Positions 47,701 through 58,115 of a stretch of 64,000 nt of DNA are shown here, in pieces; the stretch's first letter is position 1; the number at the start of each line of letters is the position of its first letter. The DNA is taken from contig NIVC01000424.1 in the NCBI GenBank assembly GCA_002269645.1, positions 62,001 through 126,000 of the forward strand, written 5' to 3'. The notes below the pieces were generated by a model. The model searched no databases. It was given only the letters and a program-made list of their open reading frames with translations, and was not told where the DNA came from. Position numbers and translations under genes: made by a program. This DNA comes from Macrostomum lignano. Lineage: Eukaryota.

Positions 47701-49510
47701 GCCGCGGAAGCCGCACTCGCCGGCGTAGCCCTTGCTGGCCGACATCAGCGAGGCCAGCTGGACTGTAGTTGAGAACTCCGGACCAAGGCGGTGCAGCGCC
47801 TGCCAATATCCGATATGAAATGGGGTCCGAGGTCACGGGAGGTCAAGCAGCATCAATGTCATTCTATACTTAATAGAGCTTTACTATGCAATCGATAGTC
47901 AAATTATCAAAAGATCGATGAAAACGGTATCTAGGCCAAGAAGCACCCCAGAGTCACTGCAGGTAACACAGCTAAAATAGGAAACAAGCGACTCTAGACG
48001 ACTCTAAAACGACGAGATTTTTTACTCTAAAACTTCGACTCCCAAAGGGGGGCCGTAGCCCAGCGGTAGCGCAGCTGCTCTGGTGTGCCAGCGACCCAGG
48101 CTCGATTCCAAGTGCAGTCACATTAATTTGGGGCTGGGGAGTCGGCGAAATGGGCAGTAATGCCTCTCGCCGGTTGTGTGCCTATGTCGCTTAAAGTGCG
48201 CCAAGGTGCACACAACCCCCCTGCCTCTAATAAAAAAGAAGCATCCCAGAGTCACTGCAGGTAACACAGCTAAAATAGGAAACAAGCGACTCTAGACGAC
48301 TCTAAAACGACGAGTACAAGTCGTCCAAGAGACGCCTAAGATTTGTCAAAAATTTGAGGCGTTGTATTGTCTGCGACTCTGAGGCCGTGTATAGAGTTGC
48401 ATCTGAGGCGTGCTAGAGTCAATGTAGAATCACTGAGTTGCGTCTAAAGCGCATTCTGCATCACGTTATGAATCATAATTGCATTTTGAACTTATAACAA
48501 CTCTATTTAGTCTACTTAAGTTAGTAAAAAGTTAAAGCGCTAACACAACGACCCTTGGACGGCTCTCAGCTACCTCTTTGCGCAGAGTTTCTAGAGTCAC
48601 TAGTGATTTTTTTGCTCACCCGTTTGAAGCTGTAAAACTTGGCCCCCTCCGCGTACACATTGTGCTGATAGACTTCATCAGCCAGAATGAACAGGTTCTT
48701 CTCCTTGGCAAATCGAACAACATCTTCGATCACTTCTTTGCGCAGTACCTGGCCAGTGGGATTTCCCGGATTAATCACCACTAAGACTCGAGGCTCGCAT
48801 TTACCAACAGCTTCATCGTAGGCTCTGCGCAGCTCAGACAGATCCAAGCTCCAATTGTCAGACTCGTCTAAATAATAGTGCACCGACTGCAGATTGTACT
48901 GCGTAATTGAGGCTGAGTACATAGGATACTGCGGTATGGGGATCATCACGCCATACTGCAAACCATTGACAGTACTTGCAGACGGTTGCAATCTGGCAAA
49001 CACCTGCAACAATTCTTTAATCATCTCGCCAGCCCCCGTGCTCAGAATGACACTGTCCGGATTGCACGGCACGCCATCTCTATCCTGAATGTAGTTGGCG
49101 CAATCTTGCCGAATAACAGGCAGGCCCAGCATCTCGCTGCTGTATTGAAGACCGCCGCCATTGTCAAGAATTCGTCTGGCTCTCTGTTTCACATCTGCCG
49201 GATAGTGACTGTCGGATTCAATAAGACTAGGATCAACAATTAGAGCCACGACTTGTCTAAGAAAGCTGATTGGTTTCTGGCCCATAGCGTGACAATCGCC
49301 AATATTGCACCAGATTAGCTCAGTGAAAGGCTTCGGAATTCCGGCATCTAGTTCGCTTTGAATTCTCTGAGCATTGGCCACTATGGGGCCTCGGACTGCA
49401 TACTCTATGTTTAGAATGTATGGATTGATGCTTGATTGATTGAGAACAAATTCTGAGTCATCCATGCCTGATTGCAGGTTGCTACACCTGTGCAGAAATG
49501 TTGCCAGCAT
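44730..49510 (-). CDS. GPT: Alanine aminotransferase-like paralogue B; 3 exons, 502 aa from ATG 49510 (alternative ATG 49465)
   Basis: Exons 49510-48620, 47799-47273, 44820-44730 (GT-AG, 1509 nt in frame). Same family motifs incl. [16 protein letters not shown] and HFR|MTILPPVDKL; lacks the intron found after EAR in paralogue A. Confidence 0.92.
44865..47180 (+). repeat. 28-30-bp minisatellite ATCGGAAATGGGATCATAGAGAACACAC with a ~730-bp higher-order duplication, in GPT-B intron 2
   Basis: Direct observation; ORFs ending at 46034 and 46764 share an identical 106-aa C-terminus. Confidence 0.95.
47915..48600 (+). repeat. Dispersed GACTCTAG-rich repeat (copy related to 34310-34850) carrying a SINE insertion
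   Basis: See 34310-34850. Confidence 0.7.
48047..48237 (+). mobile_element. tRNA-derived SINE, internally deleted copy
   Basis: Head and tail nearly identical to 10232-10595, with the central ~170 bp missing (aatttggggctg|gggagtcggc); A-tail present; flanked by a ~79-bp direct duplication. Confidence 0.88.
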
Positions 49511-50108
49511 CAAGTCAAGTTACAATATGGAGTCCCATAAATGCACATTGAAATAGAAATTACAACTTCTTTTGCAATTCATGGTTCTGCAACTCATGAT
49601 TTACCAGTTGCCTTGCCTTTTTATCCCATATTAGTTGTTTGGGTTGTTAAATGGTTATCCCAGAGTTGAGCTACTTACAATGCCTCTATATAATGATTCT
49701 TGTCATGGTAAAGTTTTCAATGGAATTGCTTTTTGCCCTCTGTTAATTAGGCAGGCTGTTTATATTTGTGAATTATTGGATATTGTAATTTCTAAATAAG
49801 CTATTTCTAAATAGAAAAATGCTTTGCTATCAAAGATCTTAAGAAAAAAACTCCTATAGACAAATTGCCATTTATTCTAATATTGATAATATTCTCAATA
49901 AGAAAACTTTCTATTTAAAATGAAATTCATGAAGCTCTAGCAAATCTTAATAAATAATTGGCCTATAGACAATTGTTATTATAATTGTAGCTTATTACCA
50001 GACTACTAAAAGGCTTAATATACAAGAATAGAATCTATTTTAGTAATAGCCACTTTGGTAACAAAGCAGATTTATGATTGTCAACACTATATCTTTATAG
50101 TAGTTAAC

Positions 50109-50625
50109 TAGGCATTGCAAAATCTCAGTTTTTTGCAATTCTGGGATCCTGGGATTTTAATCCCAGAATTTGGCCAATCCCAGGATCAGAAAAATACAGA
50201 TTTTAAAGCTTCTGAGTTTAAATTTTAAGGCAGAATATGCGCTAAAAGTATTTTTGCTTCCATTTTTTTGTTATAGAGATAGTGATCTTTTTGTAGATGA
50301 AAAACAGCATTATCTTGTGATGCAATTAAGAAAGTAGTATAAAAGTACTAATTAGTAGTAAAGAAGTAATCATATATCAAAATTTATATAGGAATAAATT
50401 TCATATTTAAATCTGTAGTTTGGGGCTTAAAAATGTGCCACACAATGTGAGGAACTTTAATGGAAATTAGCACAGTTTAATAAGCTAGTTGTAGGCCCAA
50501 TTATGTTCATATTACAACACTTTTTGTAAAAATAATAACAAAAAATAGTCCTAGGATTTAGGACCCCAAATCCTGGGATTTGGGCCCAATCTTGGTATTT
50601 TGGGATCCAAGGATTACAATCCCTA
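50109..50625. mobile_element. Old hAT-like MITE with CpG-eroded subterminal repeats
   Basis: TIR remnants taggcattgcaa / ttacaatcccta; 8-bp TSD TAGTTAAC (50101-50108, 50626-50633); ctgggatcctgggatt motifs correspond to ccgggatcccgggatt of 37403-39215. Confidence 0.75.
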
Positions 50626-52687
50626 TAGTTAACTTAAGCAAGAATTAGTTGGATAATTAATGTTTTAAATATTTTAGTGTCACACATGGTTTAATTTTCT
50701 AGTTAAAGTGTATTATTATTTGTTTAAAGTTCCATATTAACATTAAAAAAATTTCAAGTCAAAGAAAATTAAGCTAAGTGCATTTTAAAAATTGAAAGTT
50801 TGAAGTAATTAATGAAGAAGAAAGTAGATTACTATATTATTAGGTTGCTAACTTAAAGATTCTATTGTATATAAAAAAATTTGGTCAAAATATTAAAAGG
50901 CCTAAAAGATTTTAAACAAAATCTTTTTATAACATCTTTAAAAAAACAAAAATGTTATTACAGGTCTACAAATTTTAAACAGAATAAACAATTTTTACAA
51001 GTTTTTATACAAAAACTACTATTATATAATTATATAATAACTGAAATAAAAATGGATTATAGCATAATTTCTGGGTTTTTAACATTGTTTTACTTTTTAC
51101 AAATAAATCATCTGTAGACAGTTGTTTTTATGCCAGCCATTTAGATTTCTGCCAATCATTTTTATCAATTCATTTACACCAGGCCAGGCATTTACACTAA
51201 GGCTAGGCCCAATTTTTCTAGATTCTTGGCATAACTGTAACAAAAAGGACTATGGACTCTAGCATACATATAACCTTCCAGAGTCCAGAGCCTTATAAAT
51301 AGGCCCTATCCAACATCTGGCTAACCTAGATAATTTAAGCAGATAGCAAGAGGTCTAGCCAAAGACTAGTCAAGTATCAAAAATACCAACCCAAAAACCG
51401 ATATATTACTAATTAAATGATAACACATTAAGCCTTAATAATATAGTCATAGCTAGGCTTACTACTGCCATTTAACAAAAATTGTTAATTTTTGCTCATG
51501 TTTTTTTTCATATCATAGATAAGTCTTATTTTTTTGTCAAAAATTAAGTTGTTTAGCTAGATAAAATAAATTTTGAAGTTGGCATATATGTAAAGCTCAT
51601 TAGGCCTTATTATTACTATTAGTATATATACTAACTAGCCAAAATCTTTTTAAATCTAGACCTAGTCCATACTCCATAGGCCTACAAGATCAGTATTGGG
51701 TACCAGTCTATTAATAAATATTAATCTATTAATAAGCATTAACAAGCATTAAGATTTTTTATTAAAATAAATGGACTACCATTAAGATTTTTTGCACTAA
51801 TGGATCAATGAATTTGTGTTAATAATTTTGTTAGTTAATGACAAATTCATTGTTAACATTAATGTAATGATAATGTCAATGACCAAGGATGTGTAACAGG
51901 CTATTATTATTGCATGCTACATCACTTTTATAATCATTCATTGTATAAAAACCTAATTCTTTTTATTAATATTTTATTCTTAAAACTAGCTTTTATGAAA
52001 ATTCCATTAACTTTTGCCTTATTGACCATTATTTGGGCATATAAAGAGAATCTTTAGTTCTTACTGCCTTTTAACGAGTAAATTGCTGTCACTATTATCA
52101 TAAGTAATAATACATATATTAAATGATAATTTTACTTGAAATTTAGTAACCTTAGCATATATCTTTGATAAAACTATTGTAATGAAAACATTTTGTTTAA
52201 AACTATTTGCCATTTTTAGTAAACTGACTATATTATATATATATAAGTATGAAAGCAGGTAAAGTGGCTCGCTTGATGAAGAGTAGATAAATAAAGGTAA
52301 ATATCAACATGAAGTATTATTTGAGTTGCCGATGCATTTTGTCTATTTGCATTAGGACATCGTCAGGGTCTTTTTATTTAAGAAACAATTTGAACGAATA
52401 TCATGATTTGTGCGCCACATGCGCCAGGGACCACCTCAGTGTACGCCATGATTGTGCACCAAGTGCACCAAAGACCCCTTGTGTGCACCGGAATTTTCCA
52501 TGGCCACTTTCCTGACTATGGCAGAGAGCTAAGAGGTCTTTTACATTTTGGTAACTAAGTGGTGAAACAAGCTATAAGTAAATAACTCTTTAACAGATGC
52601 AAATAAAGAAAAAATAGTTATAATATTTAAATTTATTTAAATCCATCTAAATTCCTAATTAATCTCTTTGTTTACAATGATAATACA

Positions 52688-53298
52688 CCCTATAGGAAAA
52701 AGTTGTAAATCCGCGGACGGCGTCCGGCGCACTTTTGAAATTTTTCTAAAGCGCGGTGCGCGCACAGGCGCGCAGCGCCTGCGCGGTGTGCGCGCGCTGC
52801 CTTTTCTTGCTGGCTGCTGCTCTAGCAAATACATATGCATGGAAAGGGGTCATCTAATACCTCTGTGGAAGGGGCCTATACACTTATAATTTATAAAGCT
52901 TAGAGATGTTCCGAAATTTCAATTTGAATTTTCCAAAATTAGAATTTTTATTAAGAGCAAATTTCAATTTCGAATAAAATTAGAAGTCAAAATTTGGAAG
53001 CTAAAATCGAAAAGTCAAAAATCGCTAAAAAAGCAGTAATTTCTGCTACATCTACGTGTATTTCATTTTGCATAAGCAGTAAATCGAATGTAAAAAGTGA
53101 GTATTGGTCATACTAAACTTTGTTTTTCTGTGTTTTGATTTCGGAAAATTTCAATTTTGAGTTTGGAAAGTTAACAAATTTTGATTTCGAGGAAACTGCT
53201 CTTTCGGGACATCTCTAATTATCCTAAAGCGCGGGAAAATAATTTGACTCTATTCTAAAGCGCGCGTCCGCGGGTTTTCAACATTTATTCCAATAGGG
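52688..53298. mobile_element. TIR element (611 bp) with 8-bp TSD, containing a nested ~317-bp TAGAGATG-ended element (52901-53217)
   Basis: Imperfect ~33-bp TIR ccctataggaaaaagttgtaaatccgcggacg / cgtccgcgggttttcaacatttattccaataggg; TSD ATAATACA (52680-52687, 53299-53306); inner TIR tagagatgttccgaaa / tttcgggacatctcta with an imperfect TSD. Confidence 0.8.
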
Positions 53299-56086
53299 AT
53301 AATACAAATGTAACAACTTATTATTAATGAACTTTAATAACACTTGCGCATGAGCATTAATCACTTTTGTTGTAGGGTGATCTATCACATTGAATTGGTG
53401 AAATTGCAACCCGTTGTGCAACTTTGTCATGACCACTTTTTGCACCACCTAGTGCGCCACCCCTGGCCCCATCCCTTGCCTTATCTTTTGCCAAAGTTTT
53501 TTTTCATTAGCGTTATTAGTGTCAACCATTGCCCCATCGTTTACCCTATCCTCTACCCCACCCCCTGCCTTGCAGCCCCATCTGTTGCCCTATCCCTATC
53601 AGGATGGCACAATTTTTTCCATTTATAAGGCCAATTTGGGCTGCCAATTTGTCATTCCCTTTCCTCTCCCCTTTCTGTCTTTAGTGTTTTAGTTATTTGG
53701 TTTGTTTCTCTGTTAGTTTGTTTGTTTATCTCATTTGCTTGTTTATCTTTTTAGTGCGTTTAATAGTTGCCTTTCATTAAATTAGTTTAGTGTCTTTGCC
53801 TTTTATTGTCTAGCACCCAGCACCAGCCACAATCATTCTTGTAAATAATAATAAAATATTTGTTTAATATTACCTGCTTAATAAATAATAACTAATAAGT
53901 TCAGTAATTAATTGAAGCCTTTACCAGATAATCTTGAGTTATTTGCCCATGGGGCATTAAACAACCAAATTAATCTCAACTCTAAATGAGCTCTGAGATC
54001 TCAACATTCCATAATACGAAATTTAGAGTTGTGGCAGTGCTACTCTACTGAAAGTACTCAGTTCAGCAACCCAGAAAACAGATTTAGGGTGTCTAGACCT
54101 TTAAGTCTACAAATTGAACAACTGTGCCTACTCAAGACTGCTTGACTACGATTACGACGACTATCCTCCCCCCGGACTTAAGAACCTGGCTGTCGGAGTA
54201 AAACAGGAGGAAATAATTTGTTGTGATTTGTCTGCGCAATTTCTGGCCTTATTTGTGTGAATGCAACGCCAATTGGTTTTGAAGAAACCCCAAAGAGAAA
54301 ACCAAATTTCCAAAGTGACCAAAAGAATTTATAAAACTTCCTCCGCCCCACCTCACTTTGATTCACTTCTTTCTTAATCTTTTGTAACTTTTTGCTGCGC
54401 CACCTGCTAATGCTATTGAAACAACCTTCTTATTTGTATTTTATTATTAACTAGGCCTTAATATAATTATTAATTATTAACCTAATAACCTTCAACGTTC
54501 AAGTTTCAAATAAATGAGTTACTTCTTTTATTATATGCTTAATTTTAGTAGGCCTAGGCCTAGTACTATATATGCAAGTTTTTTAAATTATTATATAATG
54601 CTAAGCATAGGCCTACCTACTATACTATACTGCTTGATAATACATAAAAGACATTAGGCCTACTTTATACTAATATAGGCCTATATTGGCTATAAAAATT
54701 GAAACTGCAATAGGCCTATTAAATTAATAAAGAAAAAAATATTATAAAATGCTTTAAATGAGAATGAAACAAACAAATAATAACCTATAAAAAAGAGTAG
54801 ACCAAAGAGTAAAGACAAACAATCTTGAATTTTTCAAATAGGGCCTAGTCTGGCAAGCCATAGCATAGGTTTATTTATTTAAAGTGTCTTTTAAAGACTA
54901 GAATGATCTTGCTAAAAAATCTGGAATATTGACCTAGATAGATAAATTCCAAGGATGAATTGAATGTTAGTGTTACCTTCTTTGCTTAGGTCTATGGTCT
55001 ACTAGGCCAATTAAGCCAAGGCTAAAGTCGATACTAATATTATACAAAATTATTTCAGAAAATTGATTGGAAATTAGCATACATTATTCATTTAGAGTCC
55101 CCATTACGGCACTATCATTACACGACGGCCGCCGGCGGTTATTCTGTGTATTTTTTTGATATAAATTATTTCGAATTTTCATCAGAGATTTAAAAAAAGA
55201 AGTTGTACAATTCGTCAGTATGTTAAAATTTAAACAAGTTCGTGGCGTATACGACAACCTTACGACAACTTTCACCTTAAGTGATACTTATTAAAAGAGT
55301 AAATAATGCGTTCAAATAAAAAATCTATTTATAAACAGTAACTGTACATATCAGTAAGACTCGTATGACGAGAGAAAAGGAAATCCGTCCCTTCATTTTC
55401 CAAGTGTAATTTTGCTTGAATAAATAAGAGTAAAAATACGAAATTAAATTAAAATAGATTGGTGTAAATGTACATGTACGTGCATGATTGTACATTGACT
55501 GTAAAGCGACGATACGATCAAGGATCTCCGCTTTGAAATAATGAATTCGATTACATGGAATTATGAGAATGAATGAAGACGGCATGATCGAACAAACTCA
55601 TGAAGATCGAACGTCCAATTAGCTAAAATTTGAATATGTACATGTAATTTCATCAGTCCATGTAAAGTATCACAATTATAGGCCTACAGATACATCCGAA
55701 ACCAATTAAGTGGTAGCAGCACGATCAGAGTATACTAGCTTATAGCATGCAATCTGCAGCACTGTACAAAGTGCATGTATACTTCAAACTTTTTTAGGTA
55801 TTTAGTCAGACTGCTAAAGTAGCCCTCCAAAATGGGTGTTTCTGCGGGTGCATGAGTACCAGCTGCCGCAAGGATGACTATAAATGAATTACGTTTAAAC
55901 TCAACTGATTCACTGCATCCCCTCTGTAAACTGTCTAACCTGCATGGGCATGGGGAACCGATCAAAGTCAGTGGTCATGTCTCTAAATTTGGGTGTTTGT
56001 GTCCAAATACAAAATATGGGCCAGGTCGTGCGGGCAAAAACCCAGGGCTCAACATGCAGTGGCTCATGTATGTACAATTTAGGACC

Positions 56087-58115
56087 TGTGGTGGCTCGCG
56101 ATCGCGGTGCCAGAAAGAAAAGGAAAAGTGCGCTCGTATATTTCTTATTTCTCTCAGCCCGTGGGCTCCTCAACTGTAACGAGAGGCGTAAAAATCAGAT
56201 GTGGCCATAGACAACTGATGCGTCTGTCTCTGGCCGCCACACAGCTCCCCCCCCCCAGCGTCAAGCTATACATGCCGAAATGCGCCGGTCGGCACTGCCG
56301 ATGTGGCTGACGGCGACTGGGAACACTGGCTGGCTGCACTGGTGGCTGCTTGGTGCCGAGTGGACTAGCATGCAGGTTGCGCTGGTGGTGAGGCAGACAC
56401 GCACCGAGGGTGACACCGTGGGCGGAAAGCCGCGGCTGTGGAACAGGACAGGGGCGTAGCCAGGAATTTTGATTGGGGGGGGCCGTGAATTAGGGGGCGC
56501 CAGCTTCTTATAGGGGGCGCCAGTTTCTTTTAGGGGGGGCGCCAGTTTCTTATAGGGGGGGGGGCGCCAGTTTCTTTTAGGGGGGGGGGGCGCCAGTTTC
56601 TTTTAGGGGGGGGGCGCCAGTTTTTTATAGGGGGGGGGCGCCAGTTTCTTATAGGGGGGGCGCCAGTTTCTTATAGGGGAGGGGGGCGCCAGTTTCTTAT
56701 AGGGGGGGGGCGCCAGTTTCTTATAGGGGGGGGGGCGCCAGTTTCTTTTAGGGGGGGGCGCCAGTTTCTTTTAGGGGGGCGCCAGTTTCTTTTAGGGGGG
56801 GGGGGGCGCCAGTTTCTTATAGAGGGGGCGCCAGTTTCTTATAGGGGGGGGGGCGCCAGTTTCTAATAGGGGAGGGGGGCGCCAGTTTCTTATAGGGGGG
56901 GCGCCAGTTTCTTATAGGGGGGGGGGGGGGCGCCAGTTTCTTTTAGGGGGGGCGCCAAGGCCAGAGTTGGTGATTGGGGGGGCCACGGCCCCCTTGCCCC
57001 CCCTCTGGCTACGCCCCTGGAACAGGGTCGGTGGTGTCGAGAATGGCCGGCCGGCTTTAACCTGTCAACACTCAGACCCGATCGCGCCGGGTGCCCAGGT
57101 CTAACAGGAAAGTCTTGGCCTCCCTCTTGATGACTCTGAATGGCCCGGCCCATTGTATGGCCTCTGGAGTAGAGAGTGGTAGCCGTCCCGTCGCACAAAA
57201 AACAAATTTTCAGGTTTCGAGGGCTAAGGGCCAGGCGGATGATATGATCGTCTGACATTGTGCGACGTGGGCACCAGCCGAAAAACTTGCACGGCTGTGC
57301 GCAACTGAGCCAGGAACTGGTCGTGGCTGCCAGCTACGGTGGTGCTACGCAGCAGGCACTCTCCAGGCACACTGAGCGGCGCCCCGTACACCAGCTCAGC
57401 CGATGAGGCCGGCAGGTCCTCCTTGGGAACTGAGCGGATCCCTGGCAACACCCAGGGCAACTCGCTGACCCCCCAGGCTGGTCCTGTCAAGTGCGCCATC
57501 AATGAAGCCTTGAGCTGCCGGTGAAATCTCTCCACCAAGCCGTTCGCTTGCGGGTGAAAAACCGTTGTCCGGTGCAACTGCATGCCAAGGAGGCGAGCGA
57601 TAGCGGTCGCGCACGGCTATGATGGCAGAGTATGCAATGTCAGTGCCTTGCGGAGATCTTATGCCCACTGCACTACAGTTGTCCATGTGCACTACTACGA
57701 GCGTAAGGACGGACCAACTGGGCGGTGGCGGTCGCACGCGAGTCTGTGGCCGAGCAATCGGCTACACGGCCGTGACGGAGGCGAAAGCAATTGCCGGGCA
57801 GAAACGCTGGACCCGCAGTGGCCCGGCGTGTGCGTCGTGGAGCTGGTGGTGGCAGCGCCAGCGTTGAAAGCCAGATGGAGGCTGCAGCGGTGCTCAAAGG
57901 GTCGCAGCTGGCAATGGATGGCCGTATGCTCATGGGCGCTGCTTGCGGCGGGAGTCGGGCTCACCAATGTGGTCGCTCGCGATCGCGGTGCCAGTAAGAA
58001 AAGGAAAAGTGCGCTCGTATATTTTTTCCAGCCCGTAGGCTCCTCAACTGTAACGAGAGGCGTAAAAATCAGATGTGGCCATAGACAAATGATGCGTCTG
58101 TCTCTGGGCGCCACA
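56087..58115 (-). mobile_element. Internally deleted Gypsy-type LTR retrotransposon with very short LTRs
   Basis: LTRs 56087-56241 and 57968-58115 (TG..CA, ~95% identical); 4-bp TSD GACC; PBS TGGTGAGCCCGAC next to the 5' LTR (close to the tRNA-Trp PBS TGGTGACCCCGAC); polypurine tract GGGGGGGGGAG before the 3' LTR; integrase remnant LGMQLHRTTVFHPQANGLVERFHRQLKASL..ELPWVL.GIR..PKEDL..SSAELVYG and SVDRLKPA. Confidence 0.92.
56449..57019. mobile_element. hAT-like MITE (TIR CAGGGGCGTAGCCAG) filled with a ~21-bp G-rich minisatellite, nested in the LTR element
   Basis: 15-bp TIR; 8-bp TSD GAACAGGA/GAACAGGG (7/8 match); internal (GGGGCGCCAGTTTCTT(A/T)TAGG)n at 56500-56955. Confidence 0.88.

Noticed and set aside
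54178-54366. Possible gag or zinc-knuckle remnant in the CpG-poor domain
   Set aside because: No complete CCHC pattern in any frame I translated.
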